11,856 bases of DNA from Deltaproteobacteria bacterium TL4 (GCA_051382335.1 JBBCAX010000108.1:1-11856), one strand, 5' to 3'. Positions 1-7,701 are shown, counted from the stretch's first letter. Made by a program: numbers and translations. The notes: generated by a model from the letters alone, not told the origin.

Positions 1-1
1 C

Positions 2-907
2 AGGGATGAGCGGTGGATCGAGTATACAAAAAAAACAGCTCAAACGCAGAACAGTACACGGCAAACCGCACTATTTCCTTTATCGCCTCCAAGTCAGAAA
101 ACTAAAGCTCGCTACATGAACCTTAATGATTTGATTCACTGGGGAGAAAAAATGATATTTTTTCATGAAAATCCAGGCATTGAATTCCCCGAAGGAGTCC
201 CAAGAGATAAATTTGAAGAAAAAATGGAGTGGGTGAAGGATTTTTCTGACGTTATTGGTGAATGGGCAATCTTGATGCGGACTATTGGCGAGGCAGAGTC
301 ACTGGTGAGAAACAATGGTCTTGAACATGGAAGTTTGATAGCGTTAAAACGTCAATTTCTCACGTTACCAAACAACGAGCAAACCTCCAAAATTCAATCC
401 GAACTCCTTGCGTTTGTGGAGACGGAATCCATGAAGGCTAAACCCAAAGAACGTTTATTAGGGGCTAGTGAATCTATAGAATCCGTTTTTGGAAAGCTTA
501 AAACCTTAGAAGCAACACAAAATAAAAACGGATTCACAGGTTTTGTTTTAGCGGTCGCCGCAATTGTAGCCCCAACGAACTCCTCAGTGATTTATACCGC
601 AATGACAAATACGCCCACAAAAATGGTGACTCTGTGGCAAAAGGAAAATATTGGAAGTTCAGCACAGTCGAAAAGAAAAATGCTGGCTGACCTGTATGCA
701 AAACACAACAAGCCTTCTGAAAAAGATGATATTCGTATCACTCAAAAAACATCAATACTTCCTTTTTTGGAAAGAGATAAAGCCGAAAATAGTAAAAAGC
801 AAGAAAAGTTGAGTTTAATCAAAAATATCATTAAAGGCATATATAAAAAAGTAAACAAGGTGACTTGTTATGGAGCAAAACGGGAACAACTTAAGAATGC
901 TAGTTGA
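2..907 (+). CDS. Putative DDE-type transposase of an unclassified IS family, 5'-truncated by the window edge
   Basis: The frame is open from position 2 (RDERWIEYTKK...PPSQKTKARYMNL), so the ATG at 116 is internal. The C-terminal part has LLGASESIESVFGKLK...GFTGFVL, which resembles the E-containing catalytic helix of DDE transposases. The stop is followed within ~17 bp by an abrupt junction into another transposase. Confidence 0.6.
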   Translation, partial: RDERWIEYTKKTAQTQNSTRQTALFPLSPPSQKTKARYMNLNDLIHWGEKMIFFHENPGIEFPEGVPRDKFEEKMEWVKDFSDVIGEWAILMRTIGEAESLVRNNGLEHGSLIALKRQFLTLPNNEQTSKIQSELLAFVETESMKAKPKERLLGASESIESVFGKLKTLEATQNKNGFTGFVLAVAAIVAPTNSSVIYTAMTNTPTKMVTLWQKENIGSSAQSKRKMLADLYAKHNKPSEKDDIRITQKTSILPFLERDKAENSKKQEKLSLIKNIIKGIYKKVNKVTCYGAKREQLKNAS

Positions 908-924
908 CCTTTCTTTTCATCACC

Positions 925-1228
925 CCACCATATACCTCAAAATATAACCCCCTAGAACACCGCTTATTTCCTCCTGTGACAAGGGCTTGTAAAGGGGTTG
1001 TTTTCAAAAGTATTGAATTGGTGAAGGACTTGATCGCCAAAACAAAGACCTCTTCGGGATTAAGGGTATTTACTTCCATTCTCGATAAAACCTTTGAAAC
1101 TGGACGCAAAGTGGCTCTCGATTTTAGAAAAAACATGCGGCTTCAATTTGACGAATATTTGCCTCAATGGAATTATGTCGCTATTCCTGCAGCAATAGTA
1201 GTTTCGGACTTTATTAAATCCTGGATCC
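925..1228 (+). mobile_element. 3' remnant of an ISAzo13-family IS (transposase C-terminus and right end)
   Basis: The translation PPYTSKYNPLEHRLFPPVTRACKGV...TSSGLRV...YLPQWNY matches the recognisable ISAzo13 transposase C-terminus (PP.TSK.NP.EHRLF...WNY). It begins abruptly at 925 with no N-terminus. It ends in ...GGACTTTATTAAATCCTGGATCC (1228) followed by TTA, consistent with a TCC terminus and a 3-bp target. Confidence 0.8.
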
Positions 1229-1383
1229 TTACTCGTTTCCAAAAAATAAATGCGATTCTTTAAATATTTGTTGTGTTGGGTGCTCTCTAAATATTTCTGT
1301 TTCCAGTTGTCTCGGGCCTCTCGAAACAATTTTATCAATTTTGAGGGGGTGCTTTTGTACGTATATTCGCTGGGTCGACTCAT
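1229..1383 (-). pseudogene. Interrupted N-terminal/small ORF of an IS element, probably the same family as 2..907
   Basis: MSRPSEYTYKSTPSKLIKLFREARDNWKQKYLESTQHNKYLKNRIYFLETSK is a basic coiled-coil-like start that I recall preceding this transposase type. It is cut at a TAA (1229-1231, - strand) by the ISAzo13 end. The rest of ORF 1060..1383 is read-through into ISAzo13 antisense sequence. Confidence 0.5.
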
Positions 1384-1638
1384 CGGGTGATTTTTGGAAA
1401 GGGGGATGTTTCATGGAATTCAAAACCAAAGCCCCTTCCTATCAAAAAATCACAAAATAGAACAGCCCCAATAAAGTACAGAAGTCGAATCACTTTATTT
1501 ATCAGTTAAATAATATTCTTTATCTGAATATTCATCATCCCAGGTTTATCCCCATTCCCTTTCCTTGACGATGATCTCTCAATCTTACGGTTACGTGTGC
1601 ACTATTGGCCTGGCTCCTTTTCTTTTTTGCGATAATGT

Positions 1639-2298
1639 TTAAAAATTCCATCCAATCCCCAAATGATGATATATTCTTTGAGTTTCAGGTTTATAATTGT
1701 TCGTCTTCATTTGTATTTCCTCTTCTGTTCTCGTTCCACTAAGATCCCTTATCTCTGTAAGTTGAGAACTTTCTCCTGTAATATTGTTTATACCATAGCT
1801 CAAAGACACTCTCGCTGAGTTAATAATATTCCATCCTATGCCGTAGTTGCCCGCTGTGTTTGACCATTTTTCTTTTTCTAAAAGCTGAACTCTATGAAGA
1901 TAACGGACTTCTTTTCTCCAATTTCGGATTGCTATGCCTCCTTGGAAATAAAGCCCTAAATTATCAAAAGGGAAAATCCGTGTGATACCAAGAAGCGTTT
2001 TGAAATCCTCATCACGACTATTATCAATTCTTTTATTCAATTCATAATACTCCATTCCCAAATAAAACCACGACGTCAGGTGATATCCAGTTGATAAACC
2101 ACCTCCTATTGAACCTGTTGAAACTGTTCCTAAAGGTAGAAAATTGCCTATGCTTCCCACTATCTGCAATTGAAGAGGAAACTCAGTTCTTCGGTTTTTC
2201 GCCCACAATTGTGAGGACATTAACAAAAAAGATACAATGCATACCGTTAGAAAATGCGACATTTTCTTAATTTTTATCATGGAATCGAGAGCGATCAA
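1639..2298 (-). CDS. Small outer-membrane beta-barrel protein (about 8 strands); true start may be the ATG at 2280 or 2262
   Basis: Sec-type signal peptide (MSHFLTVCIVSFLLMSSQLWA). About eight amphipathic strands (LQLQIVGSIG, GGGLSTGYHL, WFYLGMEYY, LLGITRIFPF, LYFQGGIAIR, GNYGIGWNI, VSLSYGIN, HHLGIGWNF). The C-terminal W-x-F is a typical Bam beta-signal. The ORF abuts the RHS stop codon. Confidence 0.7.
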   Translation of the reverse strand: MIALDSMIKIKKMSHFLTVCIVSFLLMSSQLWAKNRRTEFPLQLQIVGSIGNFLPLGTVSTGSIGGGLSTGYHLTSWFYLGMEYYELNKRIDNSRDEDFKTLLGITRIFPFDNLGLYFQGGIAIRNWRKEVRYLHRVQLLEKEKWSNTAGNYGIGWNIINSARVSLSYGINNITGESSQLTEIRDLSGTRTEEEIQMKTNNYKPETQRIYHHLGIGWNF

Positions 2299-5200
2299 TT
2301 ATTGCCCTCCTTTTTGCTGAATATAATTCTCGTAGTCCCTGACATAACTTTCATATTGCGATTGACACTGCTGTGCGTCAGAAAAAATATGAGAATTTGG
2401 ACCTGCGACTGTCGCAACCACAGATGCGTAAGTTGCCGCTATTGACAGACACTCTGGATATAAAGGATTTAATTTGCCATCAATAGTACCCTGATAATTT
2501 CCAAAAATTGGATCATAGACATCTACTTCAAGGTCACTGTCACAGGCATTTTCAAGATCTCTCGCAAACTTTTTATTACAGCCTTCTGCCGTTGATCCTA
2601 TGGTATAAAAGCAACGGTCGTGATTATCACAAGCTCCCGTAAAATTAACAGGACCCCAATGATCCCTCACTTGCTCGGTACTTGTCCACCCACTACATCC
2701 ATTTGGAAATTGCCCATAAGGGTATTTTGCACAGGGAAAGTCCTCACTATAAGGTATATGAATTCCGTTAGATGTTGTCCCTGATGATTTATTTACCAAA
2801 TGTGTGCATTCCTCTTCTGGGTTTGGAATCGATTCTTCACACATTGTATGTCTATTTTTTAATGAGGGATCTTCTAAAACGGTACCCTCCCCCTGAGTTG
2901 TAGAACTCCCCCCAGCGCCAGGGTTTTTGACATGACCTAAGCACTCAATACCAGGTTTTTGACATACTTGGTCAAACCAATTGAGAACGCTCAATCCCAC
3001 ACCCCCAATAATAGCGACGTTAAACAAGGTTTTTATTCCTTTAAAAAATTGCGCTCCTTCAGGTGTTACACCACTTATCGCTCCCTGACTTAGTCTATTT
3101 AAAGTGGATAAGACAAACCTTCCTACTAAATAGAACCAGCCAAGTTGTCCACCATTTTTAATATTAATAACGGACCATTCAAGGGCAGCCAAGCCCAAAA
3201 TGAATTTTTGTACTTGTTCCTCAGAGGTTAGAGTACGAGCGTTTTGTTGCAAGGTTCCTGTTGGATCAATCGAATTGATTGGATCACTGCCTACATAAGC
3301 ATAAAGGTTGGTATCCCCACCGTTAAATCCAATAGGATCTTTGGTAGTCCATCGCCCAATTTCAGTGTCATAATCTCTAGCGCCAAACCGAACTAACTTG
3401 GTATCATCATCATAGAGTCCACCAGCGAATCCAAAGGGCTGAAAACCGGGATTGGTATCTTGAATCACATTCCCAAAAGTTCCATAATCCATTCGTTGAA
3501 CAATAGTGCCTGTGTCACTATCGAGTACCAGCCGAACGCTTCCCAGATGATCAGAGATAATTCTATAGGTTTTATCACCTTTGATCATATACGCTGGAAC
3601 ATGCTCTTTATCAGCGTAAACGAATCGACTCACTACTTGTCCATTCCCATTAAGCTCAACAATAGGATTCAATTGATCTTTGTAAAGAAATCCCTGAGTT
3701 AATATCCCATCGACTTTTTTACCAATACGACGGTTTTTTCCATCAATGAGGTACTCAATTTGCTTGCCATCCGGTTGAGCTACAGAGCGGAGATTTCCTA
3801 GAACATCGTAGTCATATTGGGTTGTAAGGTTTTCCTTAGTGGTTTTCCTTTTTAGGTCACCATTAAGAGTGTATTGATAAGTTCCACCCGCATACCACGT
3901 TAAACGATCTTGCTTATCAAAAGTACTATTAAAATATTTAGAACCTACTTTGTAATTGGAACGGTTTCCATTTGAATCATAAGTAATTTGCTCTGTTTTA
4001 ATGTCATTTTCGTAAACGTTTTTAATACGATTTCCAGCATCATATTCATACTTGTGTGTTATTACTTCTCCGTTAATACTTTCGGTTTTTTGAGATACTT
4101 GACCTAGTTTGTCATAGAGATAGCTGATTTGATATAGAATATTCCCTTCAGATTCTACACGGTATTCCGCCAATTCTCCAAAATCATTGTAAAAATGTAC
4201 TGTATTGATTTGTCCAAGAGTCGTTCCACTCAATGCTCCGGTATTTGAATCCAAGGTTAGTGTTAGGAGACCAGCGTTCGTAATAATTCCATCCTTGTCA
4301 TAAGTAAACGAAATCTGTGAGCTTCCATTAACTTTTCTTGAAGTGATCTGGAAATCATTATTATACTCCAAATTGACTTTCCCTGAAATAACCCCTGTCC
4401 ACTGTTCTTCTTTAAGCAAATCTCCATCATAGAGATACGAAAGATTGGCACCATCTGAAGTTGTGATGGTTTGGGGTTGGCTTGTTGAAAGAAAATAGGT
4501 ATATGAGATTTCCCCTCTGGGCGTAATCAGCTTTGACAAGTTCGCGGATTCTGAATCATAGACATAATCAAGCGTTCTTCCATCAGGAAACGTCATAAAT
4601 TCTGGTTGTCGATCCAGATTGTAAGCATATTGGGTCACGTATTGTTGAATTCCAATAGCTGGAGCAAAGAATTTTGTAGGCAGGTTTACTGAGTTGTATT
4701 CAAAGGAATATGGATCACGTCCTGGAGGTTGAATCGTTTTAATATTGTCATTGCCATCATAACTTGTTTGAATGGTGTAGAGATCAGGGGTAATCCTGAT
4801 TACAGGCAATCCATTGGCATCGTATTTTAGTTTATTGACTCGCAACAAGGGATCAACCACGCTTTCAATTTCGCCATTCGCGTTATATATAAAATGATAG
4901 GTTCGATCACCTTGAGTCACATTTTTAACTCGTTGCTGTTCATCATAGGCATAAAGTACTTTTTTTAATCCGGGAGTTTCCTGACTCATGATTTTACCAA
5001 ACTCATTATAGGTAAGTATGGTTTTTCGTCCCGCAGCGCTGATTGAGGTTTGGGTTCGGTTTTCAGTAAGATAGGTTTGAGTTGAAGCTCGTCCATTAGT
5101 GATTACTGTCTCGGTTTGTGACTCAATGCTTAGTGGATCGCCAGGAGCACTATAGCTTGCATCACGTGTCACCATGATGTCAGATTGAAGTCCACTTGGC

Positions 5201-7245
5201 GTTATTACCCGATTTTGTTCAAGGTTGAGGGTTTGATCTTCCCAGCGTGGATCAGATGTTACCTTAGTAAAGGTCATCATTCCATTAGTTGAAGTGGTAG
5301 CCACTGTATTTGGGGACATGAGTTGTGTGGTTGTTGCTTCTCCACTAGGTGTCGTGTTGGTTTGGTAGTAATGTCCAACATTTGGTTTTCCGGTCTCAAT
5401 CGTTGAAATCCGCCCCATTGGAGATGTTTGTGTCATTATTTGGCTCCCCGTTTGAGTAACACCGCTTGTTTTATCCCATATACCCCCCAAAGCGTCTTTT
5501 ACCGTTTTGAGCCTTCCCTTTTTGTCAAAAGTATATTGAGTGATTTGGTTTTTGGCATCCGTAAAGCGATCCATTAAACCATTATCAGCATAATGAAATT
5601 GGAACATCCTACCTGAGGGAGAGGTAATATGGTTTAAATAGCCTTGAGCGTCTAATTCCATATTCGTTATTTTTCCATTTGAAGCGATAATGGCGCTAAG
5701 TCTTGATCCATTTCTTTGTATTTGTGTTGTTTCAAGGGTTGAGGAGAACAGTTTGCTATGTCGTTCTTCTATCTGTGTTAGATAACCTGAGGAGTCATAG
5801 GTAAATTGATAGAGTATTTTCCCATTGGTGGTATTTAATGTTTTTAAATGAAGGCCCAATTCATTGAAAATATAAGCCTGACTTCCATCTAAAGAAACAA
5901 TATTCAAGGTATTTGCGTATTCTCCAAAAAGTGGAATAGTTTTAGTGATTTTTCTTTCACTACCGTTCCCCAAATAGAGAGTCTGGGTTTGTTTATCATA
6001 GAAGTGATGAATTTTAAGACTCCATCCTCCCAACCCTAAATTTTTTGCTGTAGAATTCGTGATATGGTGAGTATACACGTTCCACTGGGTTTGTCCCGTT
6101 GCCGAATTGACATAGCCTACTCCAATACGCGCTGTTGTCACTCCATCCACAAAGTTTCCATAACCATCGGTACCATCCCATTCATATTGATATTGTGACT
6201 GAGGAACCGCTTTAAATTCCTTACCGGTCATTCTTCCAGCGATATTGATACCTAGTCTAACAAGATCAACCCCTTCAGGAATCACAGTTTGAGTGAGATT
6301 GATAGAGAAAATTGTATTTTTTCCACCAGGGACTCTGTCACTTTGATAGTGTAAAAAATATGGTGTTCCATAAATTCGAACGTCATGCTTTAAGATTTGA
6401 GATTCATCAGTTGTCTGAATGCTCCATTTTCCACCAATACAAAGTCCAAAGTCAGTGTTTCCATCAGCAAAGTTAATTCCAGTGAAAGGTGAGGTTGTAG
6501 TACTATCTTTGATGACGGTGCTTGTACCTGTCAACATTTCACCAACGCTATTTTTGGTAAAAACTAAAATATGAGTAGCATCCGCTGGAAGGGGAGTGTT
6601 GGGGGCGAAAGTGTGAGTGATTTCCGTTCCTGTTTTGGGATAGGAAGCGATGTATGTGTTTTCTGAAAGTTTATCTGAAGCGTTTGCTCCCCAGTAGATC
6701 ACATATTCTTCAATACTCGTTTCATCGGAGCTTGGAGTAATCGTTAAAACTCCTTCAATCTCTTCAAGGTCTGGATCTTTGTCTTCAAAATTAATATTAG
6801 CGGCGGTCTGAGTGGAATATACTTTATCCAAAATTGGAGTACTGACGCCTTCTTCCATCCTGCCATCAGCATTTTTGGTAAAAACAATTAAATGCGTGGC
6901 AGGTTGAAGTGTTTGGATGGAGTAAAAAAGTTTGGTGTTCTCAGGAAGTTGATAGGTATAACTGGAACGACCATCCGCAGGGATAGTGGCGAGAGGTTCT
7001 GATAAATCAGCTCTTTGGGTTTCACTAATTGCCCAATAAAGTTGATATTCCGTGATATCTGATTCATCACTTGCGCTTTGGATGGTTACTGTCCCCGCAA
7101 GTTCTTTAGGATCACCATCTGTATCAACGAATGTTAAACCACTGGCAGGGATTGTGGGAGGTTCTGGTGCGCCTCCTCCCATGCCCATTAAGAATACGCT
7201 CAAAAACACAACACAAATGACATAATAACCCTTAGTTATTTTCAT
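2299..7245 (-). CDS. Exported teneurin-like YD/RHS-repeat protein with C-terminal phospholipase A2-like domain
   Basis: 1648-aa ORF with a GGAGG ribosome-binding site. It has an N-terminal hydrophobic signal, many YD repeats (YTFDKKGRL, YAYDEQQRV, YEYDAGNRI, YDYDVLGNL) and an RHS-associated core (QPFGFAGGLYDDDTKLVRFGARDYDTEIGRWTTKDPIGF...YAYVGSDPINSIDPTG). A 318-aa tail contains NGC...CDNHDRCFY...CNKKF. Confidence 0.93.
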   Translation of the reverse strand: MKITKGYYVICVVFLSVFLMGMGGGAPEPPTIPASGLTFVDTDGDPKELAGTVTIQSASDESDITEYQLYWAISETQRADLSEPLATIPADGRSSYTYQLPENTKLFYSIQTLQPATHLIVFTKNADGRMEEGVSTPILDKVYSTQTAANINFEDKDPDLEEIEGVLTITPSSDETSIEEYVIYWGANASDKLSENTYIASYPKTGTEITHTFAPNTPLPADATHILVFTKNSVGEMLTGTSTVIKDSTTTSPFTGINFADGNTDFGLCIGGKWSIQTTDESQILKHDVRIYGTPYFLHYQSDRVPGGKNTIFSINLTQTVIPEGVDLVRLGINIAGRMTGKEFKAVPQSQYQYEWDGTDGYGNFVDGVTTARIGVGYVNSATGQTQWNVYTHHITNSTAKNLGLGGWSLKIHHFYDKQTQTLYLGNGSERKITKTIPLFGEYANTLNIVSLDGSQAYIFNELGLHLKTLNTTNGKILYQFTYDSSGYLTQIEERHSKLFSSTLETTQIQRNGSRLSAIIASNGKITNMELDAQGYLNHITSPSGRMFQFHYADNGLMDRFTDAKNQITQYTFDKKGRLKTVKDALGGIWDKTSGVTQTGSQIMTQTSPMGRISTIETGKPNVGHYYQTNTTPSGEATTTQLMSPNTVATTSTNGMMTFTKVTSDPRWEDQTLNLEQNRVITPSGLQSDIMVTRDASYSAPGDPLSIESQTETVITNGRASTQTYLTENRTQTSISAAGRKTILTYNEFGKIMSQETPGLKKVLYAYDEQQRVKNVTQGDRTYHFIYNANGEIESVVDPLLRVNKLKYDANGLPVIRITPDLYTIQTSYDGNDNIKTIQPPGRDPYSFEYNSVNLPTKFFAPAIGIQQYVTQYAYNLDRQPEFMTFPDGRTLDYVYDSESANLSKLITPRGEISYTYFLSTSQPQTITTSDGANLSYLYDGDLLKEEQWTGVISGKVNLEYNNDFQITSRKVNGSSQISFTYDKDGIITNAGLLTLTLDSNTGALSGTTLGQINTVHFYNDFGELAEYRVESEGNILYQISYLYDKLGQVSQKTESINGEVITHKYEYDAGNRIKNVYENDIKTEQITYDSNGNRSNYKVGSKYFNSTFDKQDRLTWYAGGTYQYTLNGDLKRKTTKENLTTQYDYDVLGNLRSVAQPDGKQIEYLIDGKNRRIGKKVDGILTQGFLYKDQLNPIVELNGNGQVVSRFVYADKEHVPAYMIKGDKTYRIISDHLGSVRLVLDSDTGTIVQRMDYGTFGNVIQDTNPGFQPFGFAGGLYDDDTKLVRFGARDYDTEIGRWTTKDPIGFNGGDTNLYAYVGSDPINSIDPTGTLQQNARTLTSEEQVQKFILGLAALEWSVINIKNGGQLGWFYLVGRFVLSTLNRLSQGAISGVTPEGAQFFKGIKTLFNVAIIGGVGLSVLNWFDQVCQKPGIECLGHVKNPGAGGSSTTQGEGTVLEDPSLKNRHTMCEESIPNPEEECTHLVNKSSGTTSNGIHIPYSEDFPCAKYPYGQFPNGCSGWTSTEQVRDHWGPVNFTGACDNHDRCFYTIGSTAEGCNKKFARDLENACDSDLEVDVYDPIFGNYQGTIDGKLNPLYPECLSIAATYASVVATVAGPNSHIFSDAQQCQSQYESYVRDYENYIQQKGGQ
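6505..7140 (-). repeat. Two tandem ~100-105-aa protein-level repeats at the RHS N-terminus
   Basis: R1 (about 7140-6826): GLTFVDTDGDPKELAGTVTIQSASDESDITEYQLYWA...ATHLIVFTKNADG...STPILD. R2 (about 6798-6505): NINFEDKDPDLEEIEGVLTITPSSDETSIEEYVIYWG...ATHILVFTKNSVG...STVIKD. Confidence 0.85.
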
Positions 7246-7248
7246 GAG

Positions 7249-7257
7249 CCTCCCCTT
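7249..7257 (-). promoter_or_regulatory. Shine-Dalgarno sequence of the RHS gene
   Basis: The - strand reads AAAGGGGAGGCTC-ATG immediately before the start at 7245. Confidence 0.7.
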
Positions 7258-7398
7258 TCGATGGCATTTTTTGAATTTAAAGTAAACAGTGTCTTTAACT
7301 CAACATAATTTTTTCTTACATAAAAAATTATTGACTACAAGAAAATAATTATTTTATTTTTAAAAATAGGACTTGTGAGTAGATGGAAGAAGGAAGAT

Positions 7399-7458
7399 TG
7401 GTGGAGACGAGGGGGATCGAACCCCTGACCCCGATGCTGCCAGCGTCGTGCTCTCCCA
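7399..7458 (-). tRNA. tRNA-Ala(GGC) 3' fragment (60 nt, 5' 16 nt missing); probable att-site remnant
   Basis: The - strand reads TGGGAGAGCA-CGACG-CTGGCAG-CATCG-GGGTC-AGGGG-TTCGATC-CCCCT-CGTCTCC-ACCA, giving anticodon GGC, an intact T-arm and CCA. The upstream sequence (TGAGGAGTTTGTTGAA) cannot form the acceptor or D stem. Confidence 0.85.
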
Positions 7459-7573
7459 TTCAACAAACTCCTCAAAGGGTTTTCCTCTCATTGAATCCAA
7501 ACATTCGCAACAATATTTATCCTTACTAAGTCATCCATAACAAACAGAAATAAGTTTTGTCTACGAAAAAAGA

Positions 7574-7602
7574 TTGACAGTTTATCAAAGCTCCATTATT
7601 TT
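7574..7602 (+). promoter_or_regulatory. Sigma70-type promoter of the tRNA-Gly fragment
   Basis: TTGACA (7574-7579), 17-bp spacer, TATTTT (7597-7602), 28 bp upstream of the tRNA 5' end. Confidence 0.65.
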
Positions 7603-7630
7603 GTCGTCTCCATTCAATGCCAAACATCAA

Positions 7631-7668
7631 GCGAGAATAGCTCAGTTGGTAGAGCACAACCTTGCCAA
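7631..7668 (+). tRNA. tRNA-Gly(GCC) 5' fragment (positions 1-38), interrupted at the end of the anticodon loop
   Basis: GCGAGAATAGCTCAGTTGGTAGAGCACAACCTTGCCAA is a canonical tRNA-Gly(GCC) 5' half. The expected 3' half (GGTTG...GTTCG...CCA) is replaced by CGTGGTGCTCAC and is not seen in the window. Confidence 0.88.
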
Positions 7669-7678
7669 CGTGGTGCTC
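7652..7678. other. Tyrosine-recombinase attachment core (inverted arms around a 7-bp overlap)
   Basis: GAGCACAACC-TTGCCAA-CGTGGTGCTC: the 10-bp arms are 8/10 inverted complements around the 7-nt anticodon loop. The site lies 50 bp from the integrase stop codon. Confidence 0.7.
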
Positions 7679-7701
7679 ACACTCTCCTGTTGCAATTCCT
7701 A

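Noticed and set aside
900..1136. 78-aa - strand ORF
   Set aside because: Antisense shadow of the ISAzo13 transposase remnant.
904..1263. 119-aa ORF as an independent gene
   Set aside because: It is a chimera: the first 7 codons come from the upstream element's end, the middle is the ISAzo13 C-terminus, and the tail reads through past the IS end.
1229..1429. 66-aa - strand ORF
   Set aside because: Alternative frame overlapping the more convincing 1383 frame, with no recognisable motif. At most it reflects a frameshifted start.
1385..1541. Possible second MITE bounded by GGGTGATTTTTGGAAAGG (13/18 inverted match to 908-925) and TTCATCATCCC
   Set aside because: No flanking target duplication and poor end-to-end complementarity. 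More likely a sub-terminal repeat or chance.
2254..7070. Short ORFs 2254..2445, 3460..3702, 4263..4454 and 6888..7070
   Set aside because: Antisense or out-of-frame shadows of the RHS/barrel genes with no motifs.
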